A program made the translations under genes and the position numbers. From the NCBI GenBank assembly GCA_011392765.1, contig WYCW01000004.1:573846-637845 (forward strand): a stretch of DNA of 64,000 bases, given 5' to 3'. Shown piece after piece: positions 55,408 through 64,000 of this stretch; the stretch's first letter is position 1, and each line of letters opens with the position of its first letter. The stretch comes from Candidatus Thiosymbion ectosymbiont of Catanema sp. Cochon2018. Its GTDB lineage: Bacteria > Pseudomonadota > Gammaproteobacteria > Chromatiales > Chromatiaceae. The notes under the pieces were generated by a model that was not told the origin of the DNA, did not search any database, and saw only the letters and a program-made list of their open reading frames with translations.

Positions 55408-56153
55408 GTGATCACTCCCCTCTCTCTCATGCTCCGTAATAAGGCCGGTACGTCCTCCACCATGATCTGTCGCTTGCGCGCCGGAGGTGATGAATAATGC
55501 ACATGGCGAGGGTGATTACCGCCCTCGATCGCCAACTCATCGAGCGAATGGATATCCAGTGGCTTGCGTTTGGCCCGTACGATGTCGGGCAGCTTGACGA
55601 AACGCGGCTCGTTGAGTCGGAGGTCGGCACTGATTACTGCCGGGAGGTCCAGCTCCAGGACCTCCATGCCGGCGTCGACCTCACGGGTAACGCGCACACA
55701 CGACCCTTCGATCAGCACCTCGGATACGGAAGTCGCCTGGGGCCGGCCCCATAAAGCAGCGAGCATCTGCGCCGTCTGAGAGCTCTCGTCGTCTATCGAC
55801 TGCTTGCCCAGCAACACCAGAGTGGGCCGTTCGCGCTCGACCAACCGCAGCAGGGCCCGCGACACGCCGAGCGGCTGTAGAGACACCTCGGTTTCCACCA
55901 GAATCGCCCGGTCGGCTCCCATGGCCAGACAGGTCCGTAGCTGTTGGCGACTCTGCGTGGGACCAATACTGACCACGACCACCTCCGCGGCATGCCCGCG
56001 CTCACGCAGTCTGAGCGCTTCTTCCAGCGCGATCTCATCGAAGGGATTGACGCTCATCCCAGCGCCCTCGGTAACGATTCCCGATGCATCCGGTTTGACC
56101 TGGACGCGCAGGTTGGGATCCACCACGCGCTTGGCCGCGACGAGAATTTTCAT
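55404..56153 (-). CDS. etfB: Electron transfer flavoprotein beta subunit
   Basis: MKILVAAKRVVDPNLRVQVKPD... at 249 aa, overlapping etfA by 4 nt. Confidence 0.9.
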   Translation of the reverse strand: MKILVAAKRVVDPNLRVQVKPDASGIVTEGAGMSVNPFDEIALEEALRLRERGHAAEVVVVSIGPTQSRQQLRTCLAMGADRAILVETEVSLQPLGVSRALLRLVERERPTLVLLGKQSIDDESSQTAQMLAALWGRPQATSVSEVLIEGSCVRVTREVDAGMEVLELDLPAVISADLRLNEPRFVKLPDIVRAKRKPLDIHSLDELAIEGGNHPRHVHYSSPPARKRQIMVEDVPALLRSMRERGVIT

Positions 56154-56161
56154 AGAAGACC

Positions 56162-57811
56162 TTACAAGTTTCGGTAATTGGGGCCGGAGCCACCCTCCGG
56201 GGGTACCCAGTCGACAATCTGGTAGGGGTCTTTGATATCGCAGGCCTTGCAGTGGATACAGTTGGAAGCATTGATTCTCAGACCTGTCCCCTCCGCTTCA
56301 TCCACCATCTCGAACACCTGCGTCGGGCAGAAACGGGTACAGGGGTTGTCGTGTTTCTCCCGGCACTCACCCGTGCACATCTCCGGATTGCGAATCCGAA
56401 GGTGAATCGGCTGATCTTCTTCATGGGCCACGGCGGCGAAATAAGCCAGGGCGGCCCGATCATGCGGCGGAAGATCCCGGCGCTCGTCGGGGATGGACCC
56501 CGCCGGGGGCGCGGCTCGTGCGCTGACGGCGTGATCCGCTCGGTTCCGAAGTGTCCATGGGGAACGGCCGCCGCTCGCGGTCTCCCAGAGCGCATTCGAC
56601 AATCCCCACCACAGACCGTAACGGAACCCGGGTCGGATGTTGCGTACCTTCTTGAGTTCGTGGCCGACGGCACATCCACGCAATCTTGCGTCAAACCCCG
56701 CCACATCACCGGTCCCGACGATGTGCTCGGCAGCCAACATACCGGCGCGCAGCGCGTTATGAACACCCTTGATCTTCGGCACATTGAGCATGCCCGCGGC
56801 ATCGCCGATCAGGAGAGCTCCGGGCATTTCGCAAACCGGCAACGACTGGTATCCACCCTCGCTCAAGGCGCGGGCACCGCCAGAGAGGATGTTTCCGCCT
56901 TCGAGCAGTGCGCGGACCATGGGATGATGCTTGAATTGCCGGAAGACATCGAAGGGAGAGAATTCCCCCCGGGAGTAATCCAGACCGATTACCAAGCCGA
57001 CTGCGACGCGCTGCGCGTCGCAATGATAAAGAAAGCCACCGCCATAGGTACTGTTGTCCAGGGGCCAACCGATGCTGTGCTGTACGAGTCCGGGCCGGAG
57101 GCGGCCATCCGGAACTTGCCACAGTTCCTTGAAGCCGAGGCCATAGCCCTGCGGGTCACCAACACCGTCCAATCCGTACCGGTGAATCAGGCGTTTGCTC
57201 AGGTGGCCCCGGCATCCTTCGGCCAGCACAGTGAAACGCGCGCGGATATCTACACCAAGGCTGTGGGAAGGCTTGGCTCGGCCGCTGCGGTCAACGCCGA
57301 AACTCCCGACACGCACGCCGTTCACTTCTTCTCTTTCGATCAGGACTTCCGCTGCGGCAAAGCCCGGAAAGATCTCCACCTCGAGCTGCTCGGCCTGCTG
57401 CGCCATCCATGCACACAGGCTTCCGAGCGATACGATGCGGTTGCCCTTGTTTCTCATCTGCGGAGGAATCGGCAACCTCAGTGCACCTGTTCGAGTCAAC
57501 CACCAGAACTGCTCGGCGTTCGCTTCGATACAGGAGGGCGGCGGCGCGTTCCGCCATGAGGGAAACAGCTCGTCCAGCGGCTGCGTCTCGATCACCGCCC
57601 CGGAGAGAATGTGCGCACCAACGCTGGCTCCCTTTTCGAGCACGCACACGGAAAGTCCGGGATCGAGCTGCTTGAGACGAACGGCGCAGGCCAGACCGGA
57701 TGGACCAGCACCCACGATGGCCAGATCGTAAGTCAGAGTTTCGCGCACGCTGGGATCGGATTTATCGAGGACGGAGTCATTGCTCATGTACCAAGCACTG
57801 TTGGCATTCAA
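56162..57811 (-). CDS. Electron transfer flavoprotein-ubiquinone oxidoreductase (ETF-QO)
   Basis: FAD motif DLAIVGAGPSGLACA and the C-terminal 4Fe-4S cysteine pattern CPTQVFE...NCIHCKACDIKDP. Confidence 0.9.
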   Translation of the reverse strand: MNANSAWYMSNDSVLDKSDPSVRETLTYDLAIVGAGPSGLACAVRLKQLDPGLSVCVLEKGASVGAHILSGAVIETQPLDELFPSWRNAPPPSCIEANAEQFWWLTRTGALRLPIPPQMRNKGNRIVSLGSLCAWMAQQAEQLEVEIFPGFAAAEVLIEREEVNGVRVGSFGVDRSGRAKPSHSLGVDIRARFTVLAEGCRGHLSKRLIHRYGLDGVGDPQGYGLGFKELWQVPDGRLRPGLVQHSIGWPLDNSTYGGGFLYHCDAQRVAVGLVIGLDYSRGEFSPFDVFRQFKHHPMVRALLEGGNILSGGARALSEGGYQSLPVCEMPGALLIGDAAGMLNVPKIKGVHNALRAGMLAAEHIVGTGDVAGFDARLRGCAVGHELKKVRNIRPGFRYGLWWGLSNALWETASGGRSPWTLRNRADHAVSARAAPPAGSIPDERRDLPPHDRAALAYFAAVAHEEDQPIHLRIRNPEMCTGECREKHDNPCTRFCPTQVFEMVDEAEGTGLRINASNCIHCKACDIKDPYQIVDWVPPEGGSGPNYRNL

Positions 57812-58109
57812 CTTTGCTGCTCACAATCTACCGCATAGACATGGAAATGATTCGACTTGACTTACAGGGCTATGCCCGGCGGGACTTCCGCACGTCTTTC
57901 GCGCCCCGGTTGGAGGAGGCTCCCTATGCCCCTCAGGTCGATGCCATTCAGTTAAGACGATGCCACCAATTCGACAGAGATTGCCGAAACCGGACAGCCA
58001 TGAAAATTGCGAGAAGCTTCACATTCCAAGTGACCGGATTCCGCCACTCCCTGGCGGAATGATAGCTTACCTTAATCACATTGCCTCTTAGCCACGGCGA
58101 CGTGCCGGC

Positions 58110-58850
58110 TCAGATAACGAACGGCACGAAGCATTTTGTTTTCTTCTTGTACGCGTCCCAGGCGTCTCCGTATCGCCCGGAGGACATTTGCTCGCCCTTG
58201 GGAATGGCATCACCTATATACTGAGCCAGATTGATGAGCGGCGCCACCAGGCCCCACCAATTGCCGGCGGACAGTCCGAAGGAGACATAGATCAGGAAAT
58301 CGCCGAAGTAGTTGGGATGACGGGAGTAACGCCAAAAACCCGTATCGAGGACCTTACCCTCGGTGTCAGGCTGTTGCTTGAACCGGCGCTTCTGATAATC
58401 GCTGCCGAAATGAAAGACGGTGCCGACGATATACACCATAATCACGGTGTAGTCGAGCCAATCGATCGCACCGACCCGATTCGTTGCCCAATAGAAAGGC
58501 AGGCAATACAGCCAGCCGAAGATGTTTGCCAGGAGGATCGGCAGAACGTAGATCTGTGTCAACGGCAGCACGTCCTTCAGCTTGGATGCGGCGGTATTCT
58601 TGTACCAGACCGTCAACACGATATTCATTCGAATCTGATAGAAGGCAACCAATACCAACAACAGGATCTTACGCGCCAGATCCGCATCGCCGTACCAGCA
58701 GTACACCAGGGTGACCGGTAAGAGGGTGTTGAAGCCGAACAGGAAAGGCACCTTGGTGTCCTTGGTGATCAATGCTCCGACCACTCCCGCGACGGCTATT
58801 GCCTCGATGACCGCAATCATGATGATCCATTGCTGAGCCATAACATTCAC
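58110..58850 (-). CDS. DUF1295 / steroid-5-alpha-reductase- and ICMT-like polytopic membrane protein
   Basis: Multi-TM protein with GFWRYSRHPNYFGDFLIY. Confidence 0.7.
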   Translation of the reverse strand: MNVMAQQWIIMIAVIEAIAVAGVVGALITKDTKVPFLFGFNTLLPVTLVYCWYGDADLARKILLLVLVAFYQIRMNIVLTVWYKNTAASKLKDVLPLTQIYVLPILLANIFGWLYCLPFYWATNRVGAIDWLDYTVIMVYIVGTVFHFGSDYQKRRFKQQPDTEGKVLDTGFWRYSRHPNYFGDFLIYVSFGLSAGNWWGLVAPLINLAQYIGDAIPKGEQMSSGRYGDAWDAYKKKTKCFVPFVI

Positions 58851-58948
58851 CTCGTGTCAGTTGGTTCCGTAGTCCAAGAAAAAACCGATGTTATCCCGCG
58901 CAGGGATCGCATGTAGCTGACCCGGTCGGGCTCTCGACACCCTGATCG

Positions 58949-60094
58949 TCAGGCTGTTACAAGAAGATCGGCAGCCGCTCGCCTGGGGCTGTCGCAACCC
59001 GTCTCCGGAGCCGCTCCCAGACGGGAGAAGAACACCAACCGTCCATTCACCCCCATATGATGTTCCAGCGCGCGTCGGGCATCCTCGTGTTGGAGCATCA
59101 CACTGATCGGGTGGAGCGCCATGTTCAGGGATTGCGCCTTAAGCCACAGCTCCATGAGCCGTGCACCGGCTTGGACCAACGTTGGCGCGGCGGGGTGCTC
59201 GTCGTCCACATAGCCGAACAACAGCAGCGGTGATTCCGCCACCAAGGCACCCAACTGCCGAGCGATCCTCTGCGGTACCGAGACCAACCATAGGGCCTGC
59301 ATTACCGCGGGCGAGAGCATCCCCCGCAGGTACCAACGGCGCAGCCCGTTCATCGGTCCGAACAGGCATTGCAGATAGAAACCGTCTTCGGCCTTTTTCC
59401 GCGGATCGAACCGAATGTATCCATAGGTCTCTTTCCAGACCCTGTACTTGTTGAAATCCAGTTTTGCGAAGCGGCTGACCAGATCCGAGGCACCCCGGAT
59501 CGCGGAGTGGTTATGTTCGATGTGGATGTGCAGCGCATCGCCGGTGAGCGTCTGCGGCCAACTCGAAGTCGATAGGGCTGTGACCGACCCCTCGTCGAGC
59601 TGCCGCGCAGCGAAGGGTCCACGATGGGTTTTCCGCTTGTATGCGAGGTCGCGCAGGCGCTCCAGCCGGTCCTTATCGGTGGGATTTCCCAGGTCCGCGG
59701 CATCGGCCGCTGCGATCGTGAGCAGTGCCAGAGTCCGACACTGCAACTTCATTTCCAGATCCCGTAGCGCCGGTCCTGTCTTCTCGTATATCCAGTGCAT
59801 CCGCCAGGGGATTCCCCAGGCCTGCAATGCCATGCACATCAGGCCGGTGAACATCCCGCAGCTCAGGTACATCTCGTGCTCCAGGCTCGGGAGCGCCCGG
59901 AGCCTGCGGTTGCTATCGAGAGTCAGCAGCAGGTGCTCGCCGTCGCCATCGAGATTCAGGTGAGGAAACAACAGGCCCGCGGTCTCGATATCGGGGAGCC
60001 GGACAATCTTCCAGGGTTGGGCATTGTGCGACGACGGCGCCCACCGGGCGATCTCTATCGCATCACGGAGAATGTCTGTAGGTGTGGGAGTCAT
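58949..60094 (-). CDS. Double-domain nitroreductase-fold protein (Acg-like FMN-binding oxidoreductase family)
   Basis: ARWAPSSHNAQPWKIV N-terminal nitroreductase signature. At 381 aa it is about twice a single nitroreductase domain. Confidence 0.65.
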   Translation of the reverse strand: MTPTPTDILRDAIEIARWAPSSHNAQPWKIVRLPDIETAGLLFPHLNLDGDGEHLLLTLDSNRRLRALPSLEHEMYLSCGMFTGLMCMALQAWGIPWRMHWIYEKTGPALRDLEMKLQCRTLALLTIAAADAADLGNPTDKDRLERLRDLAYKRKTHRGPFAARQLDEGSVTALSTSSWPQTLTGDALHIHIEHNHSAIRGASDLVSRFAKLDFNKYRVWKETYGYIRFDPRKKAEDGFYLQCLFGPMNGLRRWYLRGMLSPAVMQALWLVSVPQRIARQLGALVAESPLLLFGYVDDEHPAAPTLVQAGARLMELWLKAQSLNMALHPISVMLQHEDARRALEHHMGVNGRLVFFSRLGAAPETGCDSPRRAAADLLVTA

Positions 60095-60115
60095 CTGTCG
60101 TCCTTTCTTATGTGT

Positions 60116-60892
60116 TCACGGACCCCGGTCCGATGCGCCGGAGACCACCAGGGTATAGTCGCCGATCCGTTCGCCGATGGCCTCGAACGTGCCGGTCGCA
60201 AGTCTGCGCAAGGTACTCTCCAATGACCCGGACAGGGACCAGGCGAGCCTGCCGTTCGCCGCCATGCCGGTGAGCTCGATATCCCTGAAGTGGCCGAATA
60301 CGCCGAGGCCATGGGCCTTCATGAACGACTCCTTGAAGGACCAGACGAGGGTGGTCCGCAGGTCGGTCTCCCGGGCCTCGGCGGCATCGATCCATTCCCG
60401 TTCACGGGCGGTCAATACCATATCGCGCATGGCGCTTCCGAAGCTCCTGATACGCTCGACATCCACACCGACGTGACTCCTACCGGCTACCGCGACCGCC
60501 CACTCGCCTGCATGACTGATGCTCAGGTGACGGGCGCAGTTGCTCTGCGGCTGACCACGATGCGGTCCGGCCTTGCGATTGCCGATCTCGATCGTGTTCA
60601 GTGCCGCAACTCCCCCGTCCTGATCCCTGTGCAATTGCCGCAACGCGAGCTTGGCGGCGATCCGGCCGGCGCCCCACTCGAGCCGGCGTTTCTCCCGCGG
60701 AATCCGCTGCATCTCGGCGATATCGTCTGCGCCGAAATAGCACCCGAGCATCTGCCCGTCGCGCAGGGCTTCCCACCAACCCGCGATGGAAACGGCAAAG
60801 ACGCGCCAGCGGCCGATCACTTTGCTCATCGCCCATTCAGCGTCGCCCGGCTGCAGCGACACCATCCGGCCCATTGCCGTGCGAACGCTCAT
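60116..60892 (-). CDS. Sfp-type 4'-phosphopantetheinyl transferase
   Basis: GAGRIAAKLAL, ISHAGEWAVAVAG, VGVDVERI and WSFKESFMKAHG motifs. Confidence 0.8.
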   Translation of the reverse strand: MSVRTAMGRMVSLQPGDAEWAMSKVIGRWRVFAVSIAGWWEALRDGQMLGCYFGADDIAEMQRIPREKRRLEWGAGRIAAKLALRQLHRDQDGGVAALNTIEIGNRKAGPHRGQPQSNCARHLSISHAGEWAVAVAGRSHVGVDVERIRSFGSAMRDMVLTAREREWIDAAEARETDLRTTLVWSFKESFMKAHGLGVFGHFRDIELTGMAANGRLAWSLSGSLESTLRRLATGTFEAIGERIGDYTLVVSGASDRGP

Positions 60893-61206
60893 GGTGAACG
60901 ATAACCTGCGCCGAGCTGCTCCCCTTCGACCTCTTCGACGACCTCGGCCATTTTCGAAAAGTCCGCAACCAGGCCGGCGAACACCGGGGAACGCATGTCC
61001 TCCTCGAACGCTTCACGGCTATCGACCCGGATTACCTCGATATAATGAAATGGGGCTATCGTTTCCAATGACACCCGATGTACATCGAACATCCGGACGC
61101 TGGGCAGGTCCGGGCAGGCGGCATAATCGGTGGTCTCGACCCAAGTCTCGAAGGCCGGTGCAGCGGCAATCTCGAGCAGCCGAATCTTGTGAATGATGGT
61201 AATCAT
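60889..61206 (-). CDS. Small (105 aa) hypothetical protein, possibly a ferredoxin-like alpha+beta (Dabb/EthD-like) fold
   Basis: The ATG at 61206 follows GAAGAAGAGG, and the stop overlaps the PPTase ATG (ATGA). The fold assignment is a guess from size and pattern. Confidence 0.5.
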   Translation of the reverse strand: MITIIHKIRLLEIAAAPAFETWVETTDYAACPDLPSVRMFDVHRVSLETIAPFHYIEVIRVDSREAFEEDMRSPVFAGLVADFSKMAEVVEEVEGEQLGAGYRSP

Positions 61207-61223
61207 CGTCGCTCGCCTCTTCT

Positions 61224-64000
61224 TCACTGATTGTCTTGCGCTTCCAGCAGCAGGTGGAAGTTGATGCCGCCGGTACCGAACGAGCTTACCGCGGCCGTTC
61301 TCCGCCCATCCTCGGCAGGCCATTGCCGCAGCTCGGTAACGACCTCCGCCGGGATCTCTTTCAGCGGCAGCTCGGGATTGATCGCCCTTCTCACCAGGGT
61401 GGGCGGAATGCGCCCTTCCTTCATCGCCAGCAGGGTTTTGAGCAGCCCGGCCGAGCCGGCTGCCGCGAAGGTGTGTCCGAGATTGGACTTGACCGAACCG
61501 ATCATCAGCGGTCGTTTGCGCTGCCCACAGGCGTAGATCGAGCGCAAAGCGTCGATCTCGGCGACGTCGCCGAGCGCGGTGCCGGTGCCATGGGCTTCCA
61601 CATATTGCACCTGCCCAGGCGAATAGCCGGCCTGGTCAACGGCACGCCTGATAGCCAACGCCTGGCCTTCGGGATTCGGCGCGGTCATCGAGCCGGCGTC
61701 GCAGGAACTCCCGACACCGGTAATGGTCGCGTAAACCTTGTCGCCGTCGCGCGCGGCGTCTTCCAACCGCTTCAGGACGAACATGCCGGCCCCGTCCCCC
61801 GGTGAGAAACCATCGGCATCCACGGCGAACGGGGCGATCTTGTCCTGAGAGAACATCATCTGCGCCGAGCACAGGATCAGCTCGCGCAGATTGACCGGCA
61901 GCTCCACCCCCCCGGCCAACGCCAAATCGCAACGGTGCTGGCGTAACGACAGGACGGCGTTGCTCACCGCCGCCAATGAGGACGCGCAGGCCGCTTCGAC
62001 CGCGCCGGTGACCGCATCGAGCCCCAGGCAATCGGAGATGAGCGTGGCGATGCCGCTCGCCAGGTACCCGTCCAGGGAAAAGTGGTCGATAGCGTCCGGA
62101 CCGATCCGATATTTCTCCGCCCATGCCTCCAGCCGTTGCGGCGGGAGCGTTTGTGCCAACAGGTCCTGCAGCTCCGCGAAGTGCAGACCGCAGGCGAGCC
62201 GGCGCTCCCGGCCAAGGCTGAGGCTAGTGGCAACGATCACTTTGACCCGGCCCAGCCGGTCTTGCTCGTCCGCCGGCCGATAGTCGTCCAACGCCTCGGC
62301 GGCGACCCCGAGCGCCAACTTCTGAGCGACGTCTATCGCCGCCGCCCGGCGTGGGAAAATTCTATAGGGCGACAGGTCGAATTCGCGTTGCTTCAGGTCC
62401 GCCCCCATCTGTGCGTAGCTGCTCAGCGCCTTGTTCGTCCCTGCGCCGTAGCCGGTGTGCCGAGGCAGGATCGACTCGGGAACCGGCTGCACGGCATCCA
62501 GCCCGGATAACAGCCCCTCCCAAAGCTCCCGTGTACCGGCGCAGGGACCATAGCTCCCCGCAACCCCCACCACGGCGATCCCCGGTCGGCTCGATCCCGG
62601 TGCGCCCCGTTCAGGGGTCGCGACAATTTCTACGCCGGACGTGGCGTCCGTCGGGTCAGGGGCGGACAAGACGACATGCCAGTCGATACCGGTAACGGCG
62701 GTTCCCGTTACGCCGGCTATGCGGGATCGCTCGCCTTCGGGCCAGGAAACCGGCCGCTCGGCGCAGGCGAAACTCCGGCTGGGAAGCTCCTCCCGGATGC
62801 CCGGCAGGGGCGGGATCAGCTCATGGTGCAGCGCCAGGCTGGCAGAGGCGACGGCGGTCAGGGCGGCGTTGGCGAAACCGTGGCCGCAGCCGGCAATACC
62901 CGATCCCAGATACAGCGGGGATGCCTGCTCCGGGCCGCGGACGGCTGCGAGCGTCTCCAGGGTTGCCCGCGTCTCCCGGCCCTGTCCCGGCAATACGCAC
63001 TCCACGAACTCCATCGCCGCCGGATCGATGCCGGCCCGGTGGCAGGCGTCGCCTATCGCGCCGGCCTTGGATTCGGTATCACCCGTATACTTGAAGCCGG
63101 AGGCGGTGCTGTGCTTGCGCGCGGCAAGTCCTCGAATCACGCTGTAGATGCGGGCCCCGTCCCGGTGGGCATCCGGCAAACGCTGCAATAACAGGGCCGT
63201 GGCGCCTTCGCCCAGCAAGACCCCGTCGGGGGTGCCGCAAGCGAGCGGATGCCCCGAGGTCTTGGCGGCGAAGCCCTTCTTCTCCAACGCCAAGGGCATC
63301 AGCAGACTGTCGATCCCCTGGCCGCTGGTCACCAACACTGTCTCGGCCTGGCCTGAGGCCAGGGACATGGCGGCAGCTTCGATCAGCGAAAAGCCGGTTG
63401 CGTCGGCGCTCTCCAACGTCTGGACCCGGCCTCGAAACCCGAAATGCCCCGCGATCCGCGCACCGATGCTGCCGGCCATTTCGCCGACCCGATCATGTGA
63501 GCAGGACCCGAAATGTGCTCGTAGACGCTCGCACGAGGGGTCCACCCATGGCCCGATGCCCTCGGGATGCTGCTCGAACATCTCCTGAAGGAGTTGGACG
63601 CCTTCGACCTTCAAGGCGTTGTTCAGCGTGTTGTCGTACCCGAAGCAGGTCCCGCAATAGACATCCACCTCATCCCGACGCGAAGCAGGCACCTTACCGA
63701 AGTCGGCATCGTCCAGACATTGCGCGGCTGCCTGAAGCATCATCATCATCGTTCGGGACACCGACTTGCGACAGACGGGCGGAATCCGAAACCGCTTGAA
63801 GTCCGGTTCGAACGACTCGAAGAAGACCCCGCGCCAGGATGCCAAGTGCGTGCGCACCGCCACCTCGGTGCGCATAAAGCGGTGCAGCGGAAACGCAACC
63901 GGCCGCACCTGTCCGGTGCATAAGTGCCGCCAGAACGCCTGAGCACCCGAGGCGAACGGGAACACGCATCCGATACCGACTAAGGCAATGGGTTCGTCGA
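61224..64000 (-). CDS. PUFA-synthase-like polyketide synthase protein with two ketosynthase-fold domains: N-terminal degenerate KS (no active Cys/His) followed by a catalytically intact KS; 5' end beyond window edge
   Basis: The frame stays open to nt 64000 (..DEPIALVGIGCVFPFASGAQAFW). Domain 1 has TLESADATGFSLIEAAAMSL in place of the Cys motif and ECVLPGQG in place of EAHGTGT. Domain 2 has VEAACASSLAAV, VEAHGTGT and GSVKSNLGH. Confidence 0.8.
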   Translation of the reverse strand, partial: DEPIALVGIGCVFPFASGAQAFWRHLCTGQVRPVAFPLHRFMRTEVAVRTHLASWRGVFFESFEPDFKRFRIPPVCRKSVSRTMMMMLQAAAQCLDDADFGKVPASRRDEVDVYCGTCFGYDNTLNNALKVEGVQLLQEMFEQHPEGIGPWVDPSCERLRAHFGSCSHDRVGEMAGSIGARIAGHFGFRGRVQTLESADATGFSLIEAAAMSLASGQAETVLVTSGQGIDSLLMPLALEKKGFAAKTSGHPLACGTPDGVLLGEGATALLLQRLPDAHRDGARIYSVIRGLAARKHSTASGFKYTGDTESKAGAIGDACHRAGIDPAAMEFVECVLPGQGRETRATLETLAAVRGPEQASPLYLGSGIAGCGHGFANAALTAVASASLALHHELIPPLPGIREELPSRSFACAERPVSWPEGERSRIAGVTGTAVTGIDWHVVLSAPDPTDATSGVEIVATPERGAPGSSRPGIAVVGVAGSYGPCAGTRELWEGLLSGLDAVQPVPESILPRHTGYGAGTNKALSSYAQMGADLKQREFDLSPYRIFPRRAAAIDVAQKLALGVAAEALDDYRPADEQDRLGRVKVIVATSLSLGRERRLACGLHFAELQDLLAQTLPPQRLEAWAEKYRIGPDAIDHFSLDGYLASGIATLISDCLGLDAVTGAVEAACASSLAAVSNAVLSLRQHRCDLALAGGVELPVNLRELILCSAQMMFSQDKIAPFAVDADGFSPGDGAGMFVLKRLEDAARDGDKVYATITGVGSSCDAGSMTAPNPEGQALAIRRAVDQAGYSPGQVQYVEAHGTGTALGDVAEIDALRSIYACGQRKRPLMIGSVKSNLGHTFAAAGSAGLLKTLLAMKEGRIPPTLVRRAINPELPLKEIPAEVVTELRQWPAEDGRRTAAVSSFGTGGINFHLLLEAQDNQ

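Noticed and set aside
57841-58062. Possible 73-aa ORF (MEMIRLDLQGYARRDF...) divergent from ETF-QO.
   Set aside because: It has no RBS, no recognisable motif and atypical composition. It is probably a promoter or leader region.
1-64000. tRNA, rRNA, tmRNA, RNase P RNA, riboswitches, integrase or transposase genes and prophage structural genes.
   Set aside because: I found no cloverleaf-like or conserved ncRNA signatures and no recombinase-like translations by eye. Without tRNAscan/Infernal or HMM tools this is absence of evidence only. Small ncRNAs could easily be missed among the many hairpins.

Overview
GC-rich proteobacterial chromosomal window; a gammaproteobacterial origin is an unverified guess. 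All calls come from reading the translations, motifs and repeats by eye. No database search was run. I support about 45 protein-coding genes and about 10 gene remnants, and saw no rRNA, tRNA, CRISPR array, integrase or transposase.

Core genes: ubiD, prlC, recC, nagZ-hpt, an MTA phosphorylase, ugd, two TRAP permease sets, an acyl-CoA ligase, a class-V aminotransferase, a two-domain PPK2 and ETF-QO/etfB/etfA.

Accessory content:
1. An ~8.8 kb type I R-M locus (43.4-52.2 kb). Its hsdR has lost helicase motifs I/II through an internal deletion plus frameshift. It carries two tandem HEPN genes, an MNT nucleotidyltransferase that reads in frame into a complete hsdS, a four-helix-bundle gene and rhuM.
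2. Toxin-antitoxin genes and remnants: a PIN pair, a ParE 3' fragment, and a Panacea/DUF4065 gene with a truncated partner. The Panacea pair lies in a ~1.3 kb islet that duplicated the 3' end of the aminotransferase gene.
3. Decayed polysaccharide genes: a GT4 with an internal deletion, and a GT2::epimerase chimera with frameshifts.
4. A solitary ~950 aa Hsp70-like protein.
5. The distal part of a PUFA-synthase-like cluster (degenerate KS + active KS, small protein, PPTase, nitroreductase-like, DUF1295) that runs off the 3' window edge.

The strongest non-genic signal is repeat load. Most intergenic gaps over ~150 bp hold repeats from several families. The main family is a set of hairpins whose arms are tandem 7-11 nt 'words', with many different words but one architecture. 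These are often bracketed by a conserved two-box module. There are also two MITE-like families. Some word repeats sit in frame inside coding sequences.
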